Source: Pseudomonadota bacterium (GTDB lineage: Bacteria; Bdellovibrionota_B; Oligoflexia; Oligoflexales; CAIYRB01). Taken from it: 15,063 bases of DNA. Both the position numbers and the translations under genes were made by a program. The notes under the pieces were generated by a model. The model saw only the letters and a list, made by a program, of their open reading frames with translations, ran no database searches and was not told the DNA's origin. The DNA lies in contig JANOTL010000151.1 of assembly GCA_031416315.1 (NCBI GenBank), positions 1 through 15,063 of the forward strand, read 5' to 3'. Below are positions 1 to 6,301 of the stretch, in pieces. Numbering within the stretch: the first letter of the stretch is position 1; the number at the start of each line of letters is the position of its first letter.

Positions 1-131
1 GTGTTGGTGCGTTAAGGTTAAATCATAGTCGGGTTTATGTCGTATATACTTTTTTTTTTTGGACTCCTGCTTTGTTTTTGTTCCCCGGAGTTTAAACCTT
101 TGTTTTTTCTGCCACCCCCCCCCCCCCCCCC
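1..131. other. Low-complexity AT-rich end with homopolymer runs; probable sequencing/assembly artefact
   Basis: T11 at 50-60, further T runs, C17 at 115-131, and composition unlike the rest of the window. Poly-C at a 5' end matches poly-G no-signal tails of two-colour Illumina reads on the opposite strand. Confidence 0.65.
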
Positions 132-132
132 T

Positions 133-148
133 AACTAAGGCCTTAGTT
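133..148. promoter_or_regulatory. Palindromic operator 1 (AACTAAGGCCTTAGTT), likely BlaI-family binding site
   Basis: Perfect 16-bp palindrome just upstream of a BlaI-family gene; ACTA-N6-TAGT geometry like BlaI/MecI operators. Confidence 0.8.
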
Positions 149-175
149 GCATCCAACTAAGATCTTAGTTACAGT
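147..175 (+). promoter_or_regulatory. Sigma70-type promoter for the blaI-M56 operon (leaderless)
   Basis: TTGCAT (147-152) - 17 bp - TACAGT (170-175); ATG at 182 follows a 6-nt gap; no Shine-Dalgarno. Confidence 0.7.
155..170. promoter_or_regulatory. Palindromic operator 2 (AACTAAGATCTTAGTT), likely BlaI-family binding site
   Basis: Perfect 16-bp palindrome matching operator 1 at 14/16 positions, 22 bp downstream of it, filling the -35/-10 spacer. Confidence 0.8.
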
Positions 176-181
176 CATCCC

Positions 182-562
182 ATGAAGAAAAAAGCCGTCA
201 CCCTGACCGAAGCCGAGCTCGAGCTCATGACCATTCTCTGGCGCGTCGGCGAAGCGACGGTCCGCCAAGTGATGGGCGAACTGCCCTCAGACCGCGCCCT
301 CGCCTACACCTCCGTGTCGACGATCCTGCGCATCCTCGAGGGCAAGAAGATCGTCGCGACCCGCAAAGAAGGGCAGGCTCACTTCTATGCGCCGCTCCTC
401 GAGAAGTCCGAGTACGAGCGCACGAGCCTCGAGCGGCTCGTCACCACCGTTTTTGACGGCGAGGCGTCGGCCCTCGTTGCGCGCCTGATCGACACCGAGT
501 CACTCGATAAAGCCGAGCTCGACCGCCTCCGCAAGCTCCTCGACGAAAGGCTCGCGCCATGA
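182..562 (+). CDS. BlaI/MecI/CopY family transcriptional repressor
   Basis: LTEAELELMTILW...TVRQV...LAYTSVSTILRILEGK...FYAPLL...FDGEASALVARLI pattern of the penicillinase-repressor family; ATGA overlap with an M56 gene. Confidence 0.95.
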   Translation: MKKKAVTLTEAELELMTILWRVGEATVRQVMGELPSDRALAYTSVSTILRILEGKKIVATRKEGQAHFYAPLLEKSEYERTSLERLVTTVFDGEASALVARLIDTESLDKAELDRLRKLLDERLAP

Positions 563-2187
563 CGCTCGCCGCGTATCTCGGCGCGCACGTCGCGCTTGCG
601 TGCGCTTGGCTGGCGTTCCGCGCTTGGCTGGCGCTCGTCGAGCTGTCCAAGGACGGCTTTCGCATCGCGTGGAGGACGCGCGTGGCCGTGGGCCGCGGTC
701 TCCTCGTCGCGAGTCTGCTCGCCGTCCCCTTCGCGGCGCTTTTGCCGCGCCATCGAGCGCTCCAGGGAGCGACGCGGATCTGGGCCCTCGTCGTGAAAGA
801 GGTCAGTCCGGCTGCGACCAAGCCGGGGGCGGTCGACCTGGAAACGGGAAAGCGGCTCGCGCTCGCCAAAGCCGAGCCGACCCTCGCGGCACGCGCCGAG
901 CTGTTCGGCGGCCTCGCCCTTGCCGGCGCCGCCACGGTGGAGATCGTCCTCTTCGGCCTCGGCATTTACCGCATCCGTCGCCTCCTGCGCCGCGGCTTGG
1001 CGTTGCGCCGCATCGGACGGGTCGCCGTCTTTGCGCAAGCGGACCCCGCCGTGCCGTTCGCGCTGTGGACACCGCGCTCGGCGCTGATTTCCCTGCCCCA
1101 GGCGATGGCGGCCGAGCCGGGCGCGCTGGCGCTGGCCCTGCGCCACGAAGGCCAACATCACCGCCACGGCGACCCCGCCTGGCTCTGGGCTTTGGCGCTA
1201 TTGGCGCCGCTCTTCCCCTTGAATCCCTTCACGAGGCTCTGGCGCAAGACGTTCCAGGACCTTCATGAGTTGGCTTGCGACGAAGCGCTGCTCGGCCGGG
1301 CGCGCCTCGATCCGCAAGCCTACGGGCACTGTCTCGTCTCGGTCGCCGAGGCAGCGCTCCTGGCCCGTGCCCTTCCGCCTGGTACGGCGGGAATGGCGGC
1401 GGATCCGTGCGACCCCAATCGCTCCAAACACTTACTTTCTAGGAGAATCGCGATGTTTCCGCGTCATCTCATGCTCGGCGAAAGTCCCCGTGCCGCGGCC
1501 CGCGCCGCGCGCCGGGCCCTCGCCGGCGCCGTCCTGCTCGTCGGCTGTCTCGGCTCCTTGGCTTATGCGGCGCAAGGCGCCAGGCCGCGTCCGCCGCTCA
1601 CCCTCGAAGAAACCCGCGAGATCGTGCGCGGCATCGAGGTGAGCGCCGACTTTCCCCTCGCCGTGAACGATGCCGTCCTCTCTCGACTCAACCGCGCCGT
1701 CACCGACCCGCAGCGGGCGGCGTTCGTGAAGGCCTCGCTCGAACGGATGGAGCTCTACCGGCCGCTCATCGAGCCGGAGCTCGCCCGCCTCGGCTTTCCG
1801 AAGGCGATCCTCGCGGTCCCCCTCGTCGAGTCGGGGTATCAGAATTTGCCGCAGCAGGTCGTCGGCGCCGGCATTTGGCAGTTCATCCAGCGGACCGCGC
1901 GGCGCTACGGGCTGCGCGTGGATGCCGAGGTCGACGAACGCTTGGACGTCGAGAAGGAGACCGACGCGGCGATGCGCCTCCTCGGCGACGACAAGCGCAT
2001 GTTCGGCGGCGACTGGCTCCTGGCGCTCGCGGCGTACAATCAAGGCGAAGCGCACGTCCAGAAGGCGATCCGCGACGGCGGCGCGCGTAATGCCTGGGAG
2101 CTCGTCGAAGCCGGGCTCCTGAACGACTACATTGCTTACGTGACGGCCGGGGCGATCTTGATCCACCGCCCGGACCTCTTGGAATGA
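559..2187 (+). CDS. BlaR1-like M56 metallopeptidase fused to a C-terminal MltD-like lytic transglycosylase (SLT) domain
   Basis: N-terminal hydrophobic segments, HEGQH zinc motif followed by HGD, ELACDE, RRI motif and a last hydrophobic segment; then SLT motifs VES, AGIWQF, YGL...DERLD, ALAAYNQGE. Confidence 0.92.
   Translation: MTLAAYLGAHVALACAWLAFRAWLALVELSKDGFRIAWRTRVAVGRGLLVASLLAVPFAALLPRHRALQGATRIWALVVKEVSPAATKPGAVDLETGKRLALAKAEPTLAARAELFGGLALAGAATVEIVLFGLGIYRIRRLLRRGLALRRIGRVAVFAQADPAVPFALWTPRSALISLPQAMAAEPGALALALRHEGQHHRHGDPAWLWALALLAPLFPLNPFTRLWRKTFQDLHELACDEALLGRARLDPQAYGHCLVSVAEAALLARALPPGTAGMAADPCDPNRSKHLLSRRIAMFPRHLMLGESPRAAARAARRALAGAVLLVGCLGSLAYAAQGARPRPPLTLEETREIVRGIEVSADFPLAVNDAVLSRLNRAVTDPQRAAFVKASLERMELYRPLIEPELARLGFPKAILAVPLVESGYQNLPQQVVGAGIWQFIQRTARRYGLRVDAEVDERLDVEKETDAAMRLLGDDKRMFGGDWLLALAAYNQGEAHVQKAIRDGGARNAWELVEAGLLNDYIAYVTAGAILIHRPDLLE
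1441..1455 (+). promoter_or_regulatory. Putative internal ribosome-binding site and in-frame ATG (Met299) within the M56-SLT gene
   Basis: AGGAG (1441-1445), 7 nt, ATG (1453-1455) in frame; codons TTA CTT TCT AGG AGA are atypical for this GC-rich gene; a signal-peptide-like segment follows. Confidence 0.55.
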
Positions 2188-2207
2188 GCTGATCGGAACC
2201 GATCGGA

Positions 2208-2249
2208 TCGGGGCGGTGGGCGTCTTCTTCGGCGCTCGCCGCTACCCGA
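2208..2249 (+). terminator. GC-rich hairpin between convergent genes; possible terminator or RNA-stabilising stem
   Basis: GCGGTGGGCGTC (2213-2224) pairs with GGCGCTCGCCGC (2231-2242) including G-U pairs, loop TTCTTC; extended by TCGGG/CCCGA. No U-tract. Confidence 0.45.
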
Positions 2250-2253
2250 CGAC

Positions 2254-2511
2254 TTAGAGCGGCGCGACCAACTGGAATCCGACCCCGTAAACGGCACGGA
2301 GCGTCACGCGGCTGTGCAGGTCCAGTAAAGACTTCCGAATGACGAGGACCTGCTGGTCCAGCGCGTTGCTCGAGACGGCCGCGCCTTTCCAAGCGCGCTC
2401 GACGAGGTCTTGCCGCTCGATGACCGCGCCCTGGGCCTGGACCATCGACTCGAGCACGACGTAAGGAACCGGCGCCAAGACGATCTGTCGAGCCGCACAG
2501 CTGACGACCCA
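2254..2511 (-). pseudogene. 3' fragment: OmpR/PhoB-type winged-helix DNA-binding domain without receiver domain
   Basis: VVSCAARQIVLAPVPYVVLESMVQAQGAVIERQDLVERAW...NALDQQVLVIRKSL...RAVYGVGFQL fits Trans_reg_C; in-frame stop at 2527-2529 upstream; no convincing start or SD. Confidence 0.7.
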
Positions 2512-2708
2512 TCTTCCTGAACGGCGTCAGCACGTCGGACTCGGTCTCGGAGATCTCGGGCCGCGGCGTCGGCATGAGCGCGGTCGAGGCCGCCGTCCGC
2601 GACGCCGGCGGCACGCTCGACGTCACGACCAAGCGTGGCGAAGGCACGAAGGTCACGATCTCCGTCCCGAAGGGCGTCCGCCCGAGTCACGGGAAGCTCG
2701 CCGCCTAA
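2511..2708 (+). pseudogene. 3' fragment of a CheA-like histidine kinase (HATPase C-terminal part); absent from the ORF track
   Basis: Manual translation IFLNGVSTSDSVSEISGRGVGMSAVEAAVRDAGGTLDVTTKRGEGTKVTISVP...GKLAA*: CheA F-box/G2 signature (IF-G-ST...SGRGVGM, GxGT); in-frame TGA at 2502-2504; no CheW domain. Confidence 0.85.
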
Positions 2709-2711
2709 TCG

Positions 2712-2740
2712 TTGAACCCAGGCCGTCGACCGACTACATT
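2712..2740 (+). promoter_or_regulatory. Sigma70-type promoter for the PAP2 gene
   Basis: TTGAAC (2712-2717) - 17 bp - TACATT (2735-2740), upstream of a purine-rich SD and ATG 2784. Confidence 0.55.
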
Positions 2741-2783
2741 GACGGGATCGGCGGCCTCGGCGGTGCTCGTGCGGGAGGGGGAG

Positions 2784-3539
2784 ATGCGGTTCGATATTGT
2801 GGTGCTCACCCTCCTGTTCGCCGCCGAGGCGAAGGCCCGCGAGGTCGATTGGCCCCGTGAGCTCGCCTTCGACGCCGCTCTCGGCGCCGCCACGCTCGGC
2901 GTCGCCGCGATCGCCGCCGATTCGAACGGCGTCGAGCGCGGGAAATTTCCGACACAAAGGGCCGACGACAAAGTGCATCAGACGCTGCACGGCGACGACA
3001 CCGGGCCCGCGCCGACGCCGAAGGAGAAAAGGTGGCGGCAGGCGTCCGACGTCTCCGTCATCGGCATCTCGGTCGCGCCGGCGGCGATCGCTCTCATCGA
3101 CGACTCGCCGGAGACGGCGGGCAAAGTGCTCACCGTCGCGCACACGCTCCTGCTCGAGAATTTCATCGTCACCGGCATCAAGACCTCGGTGCGCCGGCCG
3201 CGGCCGAAGCCGAACGCGTACCCGAGCGTCCCGGCGAAGGGGGACGACACCCTGTCCTTTCCGTCGGGTCACTCGTCGGCAGCGTTCGCGGGCGCGACGC
3301 TCTTCGCCCGGCTTTTCCCTGAGGCCTCGCTGGCGGCGAAGCTCGGCGCTTTCGGCGTCGCGGGGATGACGGCTTTGGCGCGGATCGAGGGCGACAAGCA
3401 CTTTTTCACCGACACCGCCGTGGGCGCGCTGATCGGCGCCGGGACGGCGCTAGGGGTGACGGCTTGGCACCGGGACGACGGCGCGGCCGTGGCCTTGCTC
3501 GTCGTCGAGAACGGGCTTGGGGTCACGCTCGCTCTGTGA
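2784..3539 (+). CDS. PAP2 superfamily phosphatase, probably exported or membrane-bound
   Basis: Motifs KTSVRRPRP, SFPSGH, ARIEGDKHFFTD; start moved to ATG 2784 (SD GGAGGGGGAG, signal-peptide-like N-terminus). Confidence 0.9.
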   Translation: MRFDIVVLTLLFAAEAKAREVDWPRELAFDAALGAATLGVAAIAADSNGVERGKFPTQRADDKVHQTLHGDDTGPAPTPKEKRWRQASDVSVIGISVAPAAIALIDDSPETAGKVLTVAHTLLLENFIVTGIKTSVRRPRPKPNAYPSVPAKGDDTLSFPSGHSSAAFAGATLFARLFPEASLAAKLGAFGVAGMTALARIEGDKHFFTDTAVGALIGAGTALGVTAWHRDDGAAVALLVVENGLGVTLAL

Positions 3540-4859
3540 CGCCAGGTGCCGCGCGAAGAGGCGCATCACCAAGAGGTGCACTCGAGCCTGCGTTTGCCGG
3601 TAGATCCACCACGGTAGGCGCGGCCGGAAGTCGAGAACCGCGGCGATCAGCTCGCGCCGGCCGGGGACGTCGCGGAACTCCAGACGACCGCGGGCGTTGC
3701 CTTTGATCTTGCGCAGGAGGAGGCCGCCGGTGAGGTAGTAGAGCTGCCGGGTTCGGCTGCTGCGTTCCTTGCTGTAGGTGAGCTCGAGAAGCTTCCAGCG
3801 CCAAAGGCGGAAGGCGAGCGAGCCTTCCGCGTCCGTATCGACCTGGAGAAAGGGCCGCATCAGGCGCGGCACCCAGCGCACGTACTCCGCCGCGATTTCC
3901 GCGATCGTATGACCGGGGGGTTGCGGCAAGCGCTGCACGGAGGTCACCGCGGAGTCGGCGAGCACTGCGGCGGGCAGGCGCGGCCGGACGGGGCGGGAGA
4001 CCTCCACCAAGGCTTCGCGCACGGCCGCGTCGAACGATTGCGGCCGCATGTCGTAACGCTCGAACAAGCGCGCATCACGAGCGACCATGTCGTGGCGCAG
4101 GCTCTCGATCAAAGGATAAACGAGGTTGCGCGGGGTCTGCGTCACGGTGCTGACCCAGAGCCGGGACAAGCCCGCCGAAAGCATCGGCACCTCGATGAAC
4201 CGGCGCCGCAAGCCGAGGACGCGCGCCACGTGCCTCAACATGACCCAATACGGCAAGACGTCTCCCGAGCCGACGTCGTAGGCGCCCGGCGGCAGCTCCG
4301 GGTCGTCGACGACGCGGACCATGAGGCGGACCACATCGCTCAAGGCGATGGGCTCGCAGCGGTTGCGGGTCCAGCGCGGGCACAGCATCACGGGAAGGCG
4401 GCGCACCAGCTTCTCGAGGATGCAGAAAGAGGAGCTAGCGCGCCCGATGACGAGGCCCGCGCGCAGCGTGACGACCGGCACGCCGTGGCTCGCGAGCACA
4501 CGCTCCACTTCCAGGCGGCTTTCGAGGTGCTCGGAAAGCGGCGCGTCGGGGATCAGCCCACCGAGATAGACGATCCGCTTGACGCCCTTCAATTTCGCGG
4601 CGCGCGCGAAATTGTCGGCGATGATCAGATCGAGATCGGCGAACGAGCCCTGCGTCAGCCGGCTCGGCGGCATCATCGAGTGCACCAGGTAGATCGCGAC
4701 GTCGATGCCTTCGAGCGCGCGCTCGGCCTCGAGGAGGCTGAAGAGATTGCAGGGGAAGGGTCCGCGCCGCGAGAGCGGGACCACGTCATGGTGCCCTGCC
4801 AGCTCGGCCGTCACCGCGCGCCCGATGAAGCCGGCGGCGCCCGCGATCGCGACCTTCAA
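3450..4859 (-). CDS. Atypical SDR / NAD(P)-binding epimerase-like protein (YbjT-like) with extra C-terminal domain
   Basis: KVAIAGAAGFIG Rossmann motif, AIYLVHSM, IVYLGGL, HLESRLEVE, LRAGLVIG; TTG at 4859 overlaps the upstream TGA (TTGA). Confidence 0.88.
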   Translation of the reverse strand: MKVAIAGAAGFIGRAVTAELAGHHDVVPLSRRGPFPCNLFSLLEAERALEGIDVAIYLVHSMMPPSRLTQGSFADLDLIIADNFARAAKLKGVKRIVYLGGLIPDAPLSEHLESRLEVERVLASHGVPVVTLRAGLVIGRASSSFCILEKLVRRLPVMLCPRWTRNRCEPIALSDVVRLMVRVVDDPELPPGAYDVGSGDVLPYWVMLRHVARVLGLRRRFIEVPMLSAGLSRLWVSTVTQTPRNLVYPLIESLRHDMVARDARLFERYDMRPQSFDAAVREALVEVSRPVRPRLPAAVLADSAVTSVQRLPQPPGHTIAEIAAEYVRWVPRLMRPFLQVDTDAEGSLAFRLWRWKLLELTYSKERSSRTRQLYYLTGGLLLRKIKGNARGRLEFRDVPGRRELIAAVLDFRPRLPWWIYRQTQARVHLLVMRLFARHLASQSERDPKPVLDDEQGHGRAVVPVPSRHP

Positions 4860-5605
4860 GACAGGACTTCGCGGCGCGCACGCAGGTAAGCGCTGCGCAC
4901 GTCGAACGGAAGGTCCAGCTGCTCGAGGTGCTCGTACAGGCAGACGAGGCCGGCGCCAAAAGCGAAGAACTCGCTCGGGATTCGCGCCTTCGCGGCCTTG
5001 GCGCTGGTGAAGAGCTGGTGGAAGGTGGCGCGGAACTCGCTCAGGCGAAACCGGACCGCGTCCTGGCTGTCGCCGAAATGCGTCAGGAGCACGTCTCGCC
5101 CCGAAGCCAGGCCGAGATCGGCCAGCGTCTCGTCGAATTGTGCGCCTCGGCTGAGATAGAAGCCGTCGTACATCGCCCGGATGCGCGCCAGAAACACGGG
5201 CTCCCAGCGGACCAACAAGGCGGACGGCCGCCATTCCAGCTGGTCCCCGTTCTCACGAAAGCGCGCGTGGCGTAGATCCAGCAGGGCGGAATCGAGCGTG
5301 AGGAGTTGGCGAAAGTAGAGCTCGAGGACAGCGTCCCCGCGCTTTTGCGCGGAGACGGTCGACGGCAGTATCTTGTCCCCCCGCGGCGGCTCCTCGCGCT
5401 GGAGGACGATAGGTAAGCCCGCGTCCTTGATCAAAGATTCCGTCGCCGCGCAGGCTTGATCGAAGCCCTTGCGGCTGACGTAGCTGCGCGTCATCTCGCC
5501 GATGCGCGCGGCGATGCCAAAGGGCGAGACGGTCTCGAAGAACGCGGGCGAGAGGTACGAGCCCAGCTCCTTCCAGTCACTGCCTCGCAGAATTTTATCC
5601 AGCAT
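4856..5605 (-). CDS. Hypothetical protein (weak resemblance to a degenerate ABC1/UbiB-like C-lobe)
   Basis: SD-like GAGGAGCGGAG before ATG, natural-looking composition, tightly packed between folE and the SDR gene. Family assignment uncertain. Confidence 0.8.
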   Translation of the reverse strand: MLDKILRGSDWKELGSYLSPAFFETVSPFGIAARIGEMTRSYVSRKGFDQACAATESLIKDAGLPIVLQREEPPRGDKILPSTVSAQKRGDAVLELYFRQLLTLDSALLDLRHARFRENGDQLEWRPSALLVRWEPVFLARIRAMYDGFYLSRGAQFDETLADLGLASGRDVLLTHFGDSQDAVRFRLSEFRATFHQLFTSAKAAKARIPSEFFAFGAGLVCLYEHLEQLDLPFDVRSAYLRARREVLS

Positions 5606-5614
5606 CTCCGCTCC

Positions 5615-6202
5615 TCATTCGATCGCGGCCCAGAGGCGACGCCGCTCGTCGTCGGAAAGGGTCTCGCCCCCGATCAGATATTCCGTCGCCGTCACGCTAC
5701 TTTGCTTCTGCACGCCGCGCATGCGCATGCACATGTGCTCGGCGGTCACACGCACGACGACGGCCCGTGGCGCGACCGCTTCGCGGATGCCTTCGGCGAC
5801 TTGTCGCGTCAGACGCTCCTGGACTTGCAAGCGCCGTGCAAAGAGGTCGACGATGCGCGGGACCTTCGACAGCCCGAGGATCGAGGCGCCCGGATAGTAG
5901 GCGACGCTCGCCTTGCCCCAGAACGGCAGGACGTGATGCTCACAGAGACTGTGGAACTCGAGATCGCGAACGGCGATCAGACCTCCGCCTTCGGCGGCGA
6001 ATACGCCTTCGCCGATGGCGTCGCGCACGGTGAGGCGATATCCGGAGCAGAGCTCGGTGAACGCTTTCGCGAAGCGCTCGGGCGTGCGGACGAGGCCCTC
6101 GCGGGCAACGTCTTCGCCAACAGCGGCGAGGAGCTCGAGGCCTGCCTTCTGCAGCCGAAATTTTGGGGTCGGGGTGGGGTCTTGGTCGTCACGGAGCAGC
6201 AT
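5615..6202 (-). CDS. folE: GTP cyclohydrolase I
   Basis: TPERFAKA, SLCEHHVLPF, GLSKVPRIVDLFARRLQVQERLT, HMCMRMRGV motifs; SD GAGGGA. Confidence 0.97.
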   Translation of the reverse strand: MLLRDDQDPTPTPKFRLQKAGLELLAAVGEDVAREGLVRTPERFAKAFTELCSGYRLTVRDAIGEGVFAAEGGGLIAVRDLEFHSLCEHHVLPFWGKASVAYYPGASILGLSKVPRIVDLFARRLQVQERLTRQVAEGIREAVAPRAVVVRVTAEHMCMRMRGVQKQSSVTATEYLIGGETLSDDERRRLWAAIE

Positions 6203-6217
6203 GGCCTAATCCCTCAC

Positions 6218-6291
6218 GATTGTGTATCGGACTTGTATCACAAAAAGTTAGACAAGATCCATACGTCACGATAGGATGTTGTAGGACTTTG
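6218..6291. promoter_or_regulatory. Divergent promoter/operator region between folE and the MerR-B12 regulator
   Basis: AT-rich; TGTATC at 6223 and 6234 (11-bp period); CTTGT..ACAAG inverted repeat 6232-6256; TAGACA (6249-6254) - 17 bp - TAGGAT (6272-6277) on +; TAGGAnnTTG tandem at 6272 and 6282. Confidence 0.65.
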
Positions 6292-6301
6292 GGGAACCTT
6301 T

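Noticed and set aside
1..131. AT-rich segment with poly-T and C17 as a regulatory element or phase-variable tract
   Set aside because: It lies at the sequence edge with several homopolymers; low-quality read tail is the simpler explanation. Raw reads would be needed to rescue it.
133..170. Two near-identical palindromes as a mini-CRISPR or transposon end
   Set aside because: Only two 16-bp units 6 bp apart, no cas or transposase gene; their position on a promoter fits operators.
2191..2204. Short inverted repeat GATCGG-AA-CCGATC
   Set aside because: A 6-bp stem with 2-nt loop is expected by chance in GC-rich DNA.
2254..2478. Intact 74-aa stand-alone winged-helix gene starting at TTG 2478
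   Set aside because: Domain similarity continues upstream of the TTG, there is no SD, and the upstream DNA is a kinase fragment; truncation is more likely though not proven.
4860..5234. N-terminal extension of the SDR ORF in the ORF track
   Set aside because: Arg/Pro-rich and overlaps the 4856-5605 gene in another frame; the Rossmann motif begins at TTG 4859.
6203..6301. Cobalamin or folate riboswitch upstream of folE or the regulator
   Set aside because: Only 99 bp, largely occupied by promoter and operator-like motifs; no riboswitch consensus recognisable.
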